Source: Nitrospirales bacterium
GTDB lineage: Bacteria; Nitrospirota; Nitrospiria; Nitrospirales; UBA8639
Assembly (NCBI GenBank): GCA_965223295.1
Contig: CBDCWC010000002.1
Location: forward strand, 1,376,001-1,440,000
Reading direction: 5' to 3'
Length of the DNA: 64,000 nt
Shown: positions 60,162 to 64,000 of the stretch, piece by piece
Numbering within the stretch: position 1 is the first letter of the stretch
Layout of the letters: the number at the start of each line of letters is the position of its first letter
Position numbers and translations under genes: made by a program
The notes under the pieces: model-generated
What the model saw: only the letters and a program-made list of their open reading frames with translations
The model's database searches: none
What the model was told of the DNA's origin: nothing

Positions 60162-61148
60162 ATGATGAATTCCACTAACCTTCAGCTTCGACCGTCATCC
60201 TCGGAAAAACTTCGGTATCACACCCTCATGCACAGTGTCCTTTTTACATCTGTCGCACTCACGGCTTTTCCGGCCTTCAGCCAGACTCCAGAAAACATGG
60301 TGCTCGTGCCCAAAGGCGAATTCACCATGGGAAGTAAGGAACATAAGGACGAGAAACCCCACAACGTCGTGCTGGAAGGGTACTACATCGACAAATATGA
60401 AGTATCCAATGCTGACTACAAAGGCTTCATGAAAGCCACCGCTCATGCAGCCCCGGCTTACTGGGACGATCCTCGATTAAATGGCGCCACACAACCAGTG
60501 GTCGGAGTCAACTGGTACGACGCCAACAGTTATTGTGAATGGAAAGGCAAACGCTTACCCACGGAAGCGGAGTGGGAACGTGCAGCCAAAGGACCAGAAG
60601 GCCACGGGCACTATCCCTGGGGCCATGAACTCGATGATACCAAAGCGAACTATGGCCAAAATGTCGGCAAGACCACTCCGGTTGACTCCTACCCTGCAGG
60701 AGTAAGCGGCTACGGAACTTATAACATGTCGGGCAATGTGTTTGAGTGGGTGTCAGACTGGTATAACCCGGCCTATTTCGAGTCAAGCCCCGCTTTGAAT
60801 CCTCAAGGACCTGCCACAGGAGTCAACTTTGCAAATCAGGGTCCGGTCAAAGTCTTGAAAGGCGGCTCCTGGCTCGCGCCTGCCAGCTCCCTTCATAGCA
60901 GTCATCGCTTCTGGAACCAGCCCGAGAACAATTCCTATGGAGTTGGATTAGGATTCCGCTGCGCGAAGTCGGCGTCAACAGGGAATGCTCAAATCACACA
61001 CTATGACCTCATGCATGCCTTGATCAGCATGGGTGACGAGAAATGGGCCGAAGCTCTGGAATCGATCGACCGGGCCCTCAAGTCCGATCCCAAAAACTCG
61101 GAGTACCAACAGACCAAGAAATTGATTATGGATCAAATGAAGAAATAG
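60162..61148 (+). CDS. Exported FGE-sulfatase (SUMF1)-fold protein with C-terminal TPR-like helices
   Basis: MVLVPKGEFTMGS, IDKYEVSN, RLPTEAEWERAA, MSGNVFEW, KGGSW, GLGFRCA. Confidence 0.88.
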   Translation: MMNSTNLQLRPSSSEKLRYHTLMHSVLFTSVALTAFPAFSQTPENMVLVPKGEFTMGSKEHKDEKPHNVVLEGYYIDKYEVSNADYKGFMKATAHAAPAYWDDPRLNGATQPVVGVNWYDANSYCEWKGKRLPTEAEWERAAKGPEGHGHYPWGHELDDTKANYGQNVGKTTPVDSYPAGVSGYGTYNMSGNVFEWVSDWYNPAYFESSPALNPQGPATGVNFANQGPVKVLKGGSWLAPASSLHSSHRFWNQPENNSYGVGLGFRCAKSASTGNAQITHYDLMHALISMGDEKWAEALESIDRALKSDPKNSEYQQTKKLIMDQMKK

Positions 61149-61204
61149 CCAAATTGCACTTCACGATATTTGTGACAAACTCTTACCTTAAAGGAGTGCT
61201 GATC

Positions 61205-62326
61205 ATGAAGTTCTCTTATTATCCACCGAGGATCTCCTACCCCTCCCCCACCTCAGGCCTGCGTACAGTAGGCCTGAGGCAGACCTCTCTGAGATTTATC
61301 ATCTTACTCATCTCCTCGATTTGGCTCACGATAGGAATGGCTCAGGCACAGACAGCGGTCCCCGAAGGAATGGCTTACATTCCGCCTGGCCCCGCCGAAA
61401 TGGGGATCGACCGTAAACCAATCTCCTCGAACAACAAAAAGACGACAGCGAATCCCTATCAACGCCGAATGAGCAAGGCCTGGTCTAAGCAAGCCTTTCA
61501 CGATGAAGGTCCTGCTCACTGGGTTTTTCTAGATGGCTACTTCATTGATAAACATGAAACATCAAACCAACAATATGCGAAGTTCATGAAAGCCACTAGA
61601 CATCCTGGCCCCGCTTATTGGGATGATCCACGACTGAACAAACCCAATCAACCAGTCGTGGGCGTGAATTGGTTTGATGCTAAGGCCTATTGTGAATACA
61701 AAAATAAACGTTTACCCACTGAAGCGGAGTGGGAGCGTGCAGCCCGCGGCCCTCAAGCCTTCAGATATCCCTGGGGAAATGAACTGGATCCAGCTAAGGC
61801 CAACTACGGCAAGAATCATGAAGCGCCACTTCCAGTCGATTCACTACCAGAAGGAGCCAGTCCTTATGGACTCCATCATATGGCAGGAAATGTTTTTGAA
61901 TGGGTTCAGGATTGGTATGACCCCAATTTCTATCAGAAAACCCCTCATCCTGCTAACACGAAAGGACCTCTCAAGCCCATTTGGATCGGAGGCACAGGCA
62001 CCTATGTAGACCGGCTCACCGTGGGCGCCAAACGTGTCATTCGTGGGGGATCGTGGATTGCTGCCGAATCAAGCATCACCACCACTCATCGTTTTTGGAA
62101 TCATCCTTCCAACAACAGCTATGGTGTTGGTCTGGGCTTTCGATGTGCCCTCACCGCCGACGATTCAATGAGTGATGCACTCCGTGTTGCGACAATTGAT
62201 GCCATGAAACAGATGGGCATCGAAGAGTGGGAAAAAGCTCAACAGTCCTTGGACAAAGCCCTAAGCCTCGATCCTCATAACGAGGAGCTTTATCAGATGC
62301 AGGCTATCATTAAATCAAAATTGTGA
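61205..62326 (+). CDS. Exported FGE-sulfatase-fold protein (paralog) with C-terminal TPR-like helices
   Basis: Same motif set as 60162-61148; ATG 61205 after AAGGAG (ORF track 61043). Confidence 0.88.
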   Translation: MKFSYYPPRISYPSPTSGLRTVGLRQTSLRFIILLISSIWLTIGMAQAQTAVPEGMAYIPPGPAEMGIDRKPISSNNKKTTANPYQRRMSKAWSKQAFHDEGPAHWVFLDGYFIDKHETSNQQYAKFMKATRHPGPAYWDDPRLNKPNQPVVGVNWFDAKAYCEYKNKRLPTEAEWERAARGPQAFRYPWGNELDPAKANYGKNHEAPLPVDSLPEGASPYGLHHMAGNVFEWVQDWYDPNFYQKTPHPANTKGPLKPIWIGGTGTYVDRLTVGAKRVIRGGSWIAAESSITTTHRFWNHPSNNSYGVGLGFRCALTADDSMSDALRVATIDAMKQMGIEEWEKAQQSLDKALSLDPHNEELYQMQAIIKSKL

Positions 62327-62337
62327 GAAGTGCGGGC

Positions 62338-62736
62338 ATGAATCATCAAAAACCACAAAATAAGTTCCATGACTTAATGTTCCCCACACTTTCCATAATC
62401 TGCCTTCTTCTGAACCCGGCGGCCGGAATCGCCTCTTCCCCAGTCACCGCTGGAGGTGAGATTGCGATTGACGAAGCTACTGAATTCATCCGGCAGGCAG
62501 CTGACGCGACTGAGCAAGCCTGGGAAGAGTTTCACACTTCTGCCATCGAAGGCACACTGGCCTCTCCTCTGGTGCAAGTGACAATAGAGCGTCAGCTCCA
62601 TGAAGCCCGAGGTTTGCTCATGGAAGCTCGGAAAGCAAAGCGATCTCAAGACTATCAATCGGTGAAACACATCACAAAGCAGGTCCAAGAACTGACCCAA
62701 CACATCATTCTGGCGAGTAGAAAGAGAAAACAATGA
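62338..62736 (+). CDS. Hypothetical exported helical protein
   Basis: Signal-like segment then amphipathic helices; stop overlaps the next ATG (ATGA); start 62323 or 62338. Confidence 0.6.
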   Translation: MNHQKPQNKFHDLMFPTLSIICLLLNPAAGIASSPVTAGGEIAIDEATEFIRQAADATEQAWEEFHTSAIEGTLASPLVQVTIERQLHEARGLLMEARKAKRSQDYQSVKHITKQVQELTQHIILASRKRKQ

Positions 62737-63560
62737 AACAGTTGATCACTTTAATAGTTCTAGTCAGTATTTGGTTCTCCATTCCATCAGCTTTTGGTGA
62801 AGAACCGTCGCTGATGGAAAAAGATCCCGTGGAAATGGTGACCATTCTTGCAGGGACATTCATTCGAGGAAGTGCTCCAGGTGAGGGCCGGTTAGACGAA
62901 CAGCCCCGAAGCAAAATTTTTGTCGACGCCTTTGCTATAGATAAATATGAAGTCAGTAATGCCCGTTACCTGTCGTTTGTTCAGGAGACTCTTCACAAGC
63001 CGCCCTTCAATGTGTATGGAGAAGGACCCTTGTCTTCTGAGGAAGGCATCGATGACCTTCCCATCGTTCAAGTCACCTGGCATGATGCCGTCGACTATTG
63101 CTTTTGGGCAGGCAAACGTCTTCCTACAGAAGCCGAATGGGAAAAGGCCGCACGCGGGACAGATCAACGTCGATATCCGTGGGGGGATGAGCCCCCAAAC
63201 ACGAAACGAGCCAGATTTGATGGAGAGTGGCAGGATAAAAATACATTACTCCCAGTCAAGCGTTTGCCAGAAGGGCAATCATCATCGGGCGTCTATCAAC
63301 TAGCCGGCAATGCCCGAGAATGGACTCAAGACTGGTACAACGCGGAGTACTACTCCACCGCTCCAGATAAAAACCCTGCAGGTCCAGAGACTGGGATTTT
63401 AAAAGTCATACGGGGAGGTTCGTGGCGAAGTTTCGATAGTGACTTGCGAGTCACATCCCGCGGAAAAGGTGGGTTTGCCTTAAAAACCCATGGCATCGGA
63501 TTCCGATGTGCTCGTGATGTGGACATGGGCAAAGAGGTATCAACTCCAGCAGGAAAATAA
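62733..63560 (+). CDS. Exported FGE-sulfatase-fold protein (third paralog)
   Basis: IDKYEVSN, RLPTEAEWEKAARG, LAGNAREW, RGGSW, GIGFRCA. Confidence 0.88.
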   Translation: MKQLITLIVLVSIWFSIPSAFGEEPSLMEKDPVEMVTILAGTFIRGSAPGEGRLDEQPRSKIFVDAFAIDKYEVSNARYLSFVQETLHKPPFNVYGEGPLSSEEGIDDLPIVQVTWHDAVDYCFWAGKRLPTEAEWEKAARGTDQRRYPWGDEPPNTKRARFDGEWQDKNTLLPVKRLPEGQSSSGVYQLAGNAREWTQDWYNAEYYSTAPDKNPAGPETGILKVIRGGSWRSFDSDLRVTSRGKGGFALKTHGIGFRCARDVDMGKEVSTPAGK

Positions 63561-63574
63561 AGAGAGAGATCGAC

Positions 63575-64000
63575 ATGTCCAGCTATACCTATACCTTGCG
63601 CAATGTCTTGCAATATTCTCCCATTGTGATGATTGTTCTCATGCTCAATACTTCTATCCTTCGAGCAGAGCAAGGCCCAGATACTGGGCTCCCCTACCAA
63701 ATCGTAGCCGACTACATTCATTCCATCATCGAAGCTGATCGCACGCTATACACCACCCACGTAGTTGACCGCTTGCAAGAAACCGGCACAGCTCTTGCTT
63801 CAGAAAGGTGGCAGAACCAGAATACCTTACCGTTACCAGCTCAAATGCTTCTCCTCTCAGGTGAACGAGTCAAAAAAACAGGGAGTGGGTTGCATTACAG
63901 ACTGGCCAGCCTCTGGCCCATCTATAAGAAGAATGGACCCGCGAATGATTTTGAAAGAAATGCTCTGGAAGCCGTACAGACGTCTCCGCATAAACCTTAT
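63575..64000 (+). CDS. DUF3365/Tll0287-like periplasmic protein, N-terminal part (runs off window)
   Basis: Manual translation: MSSYTY...VADYIHSIIEADRTLYTTHVVDRL...LPLPAQML...YRLASLWPIYKKNGPANDFERNAL; open to window end; any CxxCH would lie beyond the edge. Confidence 0.6.
   Translation, partial: MSSYTYTLRNVLQYSPIVMIVLMLNTSILRAEQGPDTGLPYQIVADYIHSIIEADRTLYTTHVVDRLQETGTALASERWQNQNTLPLPAQMLLLSGERVKKTGSGLHYRLASLWPIYKKNGPANDFERNALEAVQTSPHKPY

Noticed and set aside
60162-63560. FGE/CLec-fold genes as diversity-generating retroelement targets
   Set aside because: No reverse transcriptase or template repeat in the window; the C-terminal segments of the paralogs are conserved at protein level rather than varying at adenines

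Overview
Bacterial chromosomal window, probably from a Nitrospira-like (Nitrospirota) organism; this is inferred from gene content and repeat style, not from a search. The left half (about 0.5-30.7 kb, all minus strand) is a large surface-polysaccharide cluster of the PEP-CTERM/XrtA type. It encodes two Wza-like export proteins, Wzc, a priming sugar transferase, a deacetylase, glycosyltransferases, epimerases and many tailoring enzymes. Embedded in it is an unusual module: hexapeptide acyltransferase, fused 2-oxoacid dehydrogenase E1 alpha/beta, an atypical E2 with a C-terminal CxxC..CxxC tail, an ACP-AcpS fusion and a GlpD-like oxidoreductase, with no E3. This module may be an ACP-based acyl-donor pathway for glycan decoration. 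After tRNA-Arg(CCT) the right half is a mixed core/accessory region. It carries a radical SAM protein, TPR proteins, a three-gene lysine-catabolism-like operon, a Tag-DUF488 fusion, rtcB, GH15, a nickel permease, bfr and dnaE-accA. It ends with a CarH-like B12 photoreceptor divergent from an operon of Cys-less FGE-sulfatase-fold proteins and a DUF3365-like protein, with CarH-like operator repeats over a sigma70 promoter. A ~190-bp non-autonomous element with 5-bp target-site duplications and a covarying hairpin core occurs four times, plus one degenerate copy. A second MITE and REP-like repeats are also present. No CRISPR array, integrase, transposase or reverse transcriptase was seen. All family calls come from motif recognition by eye.
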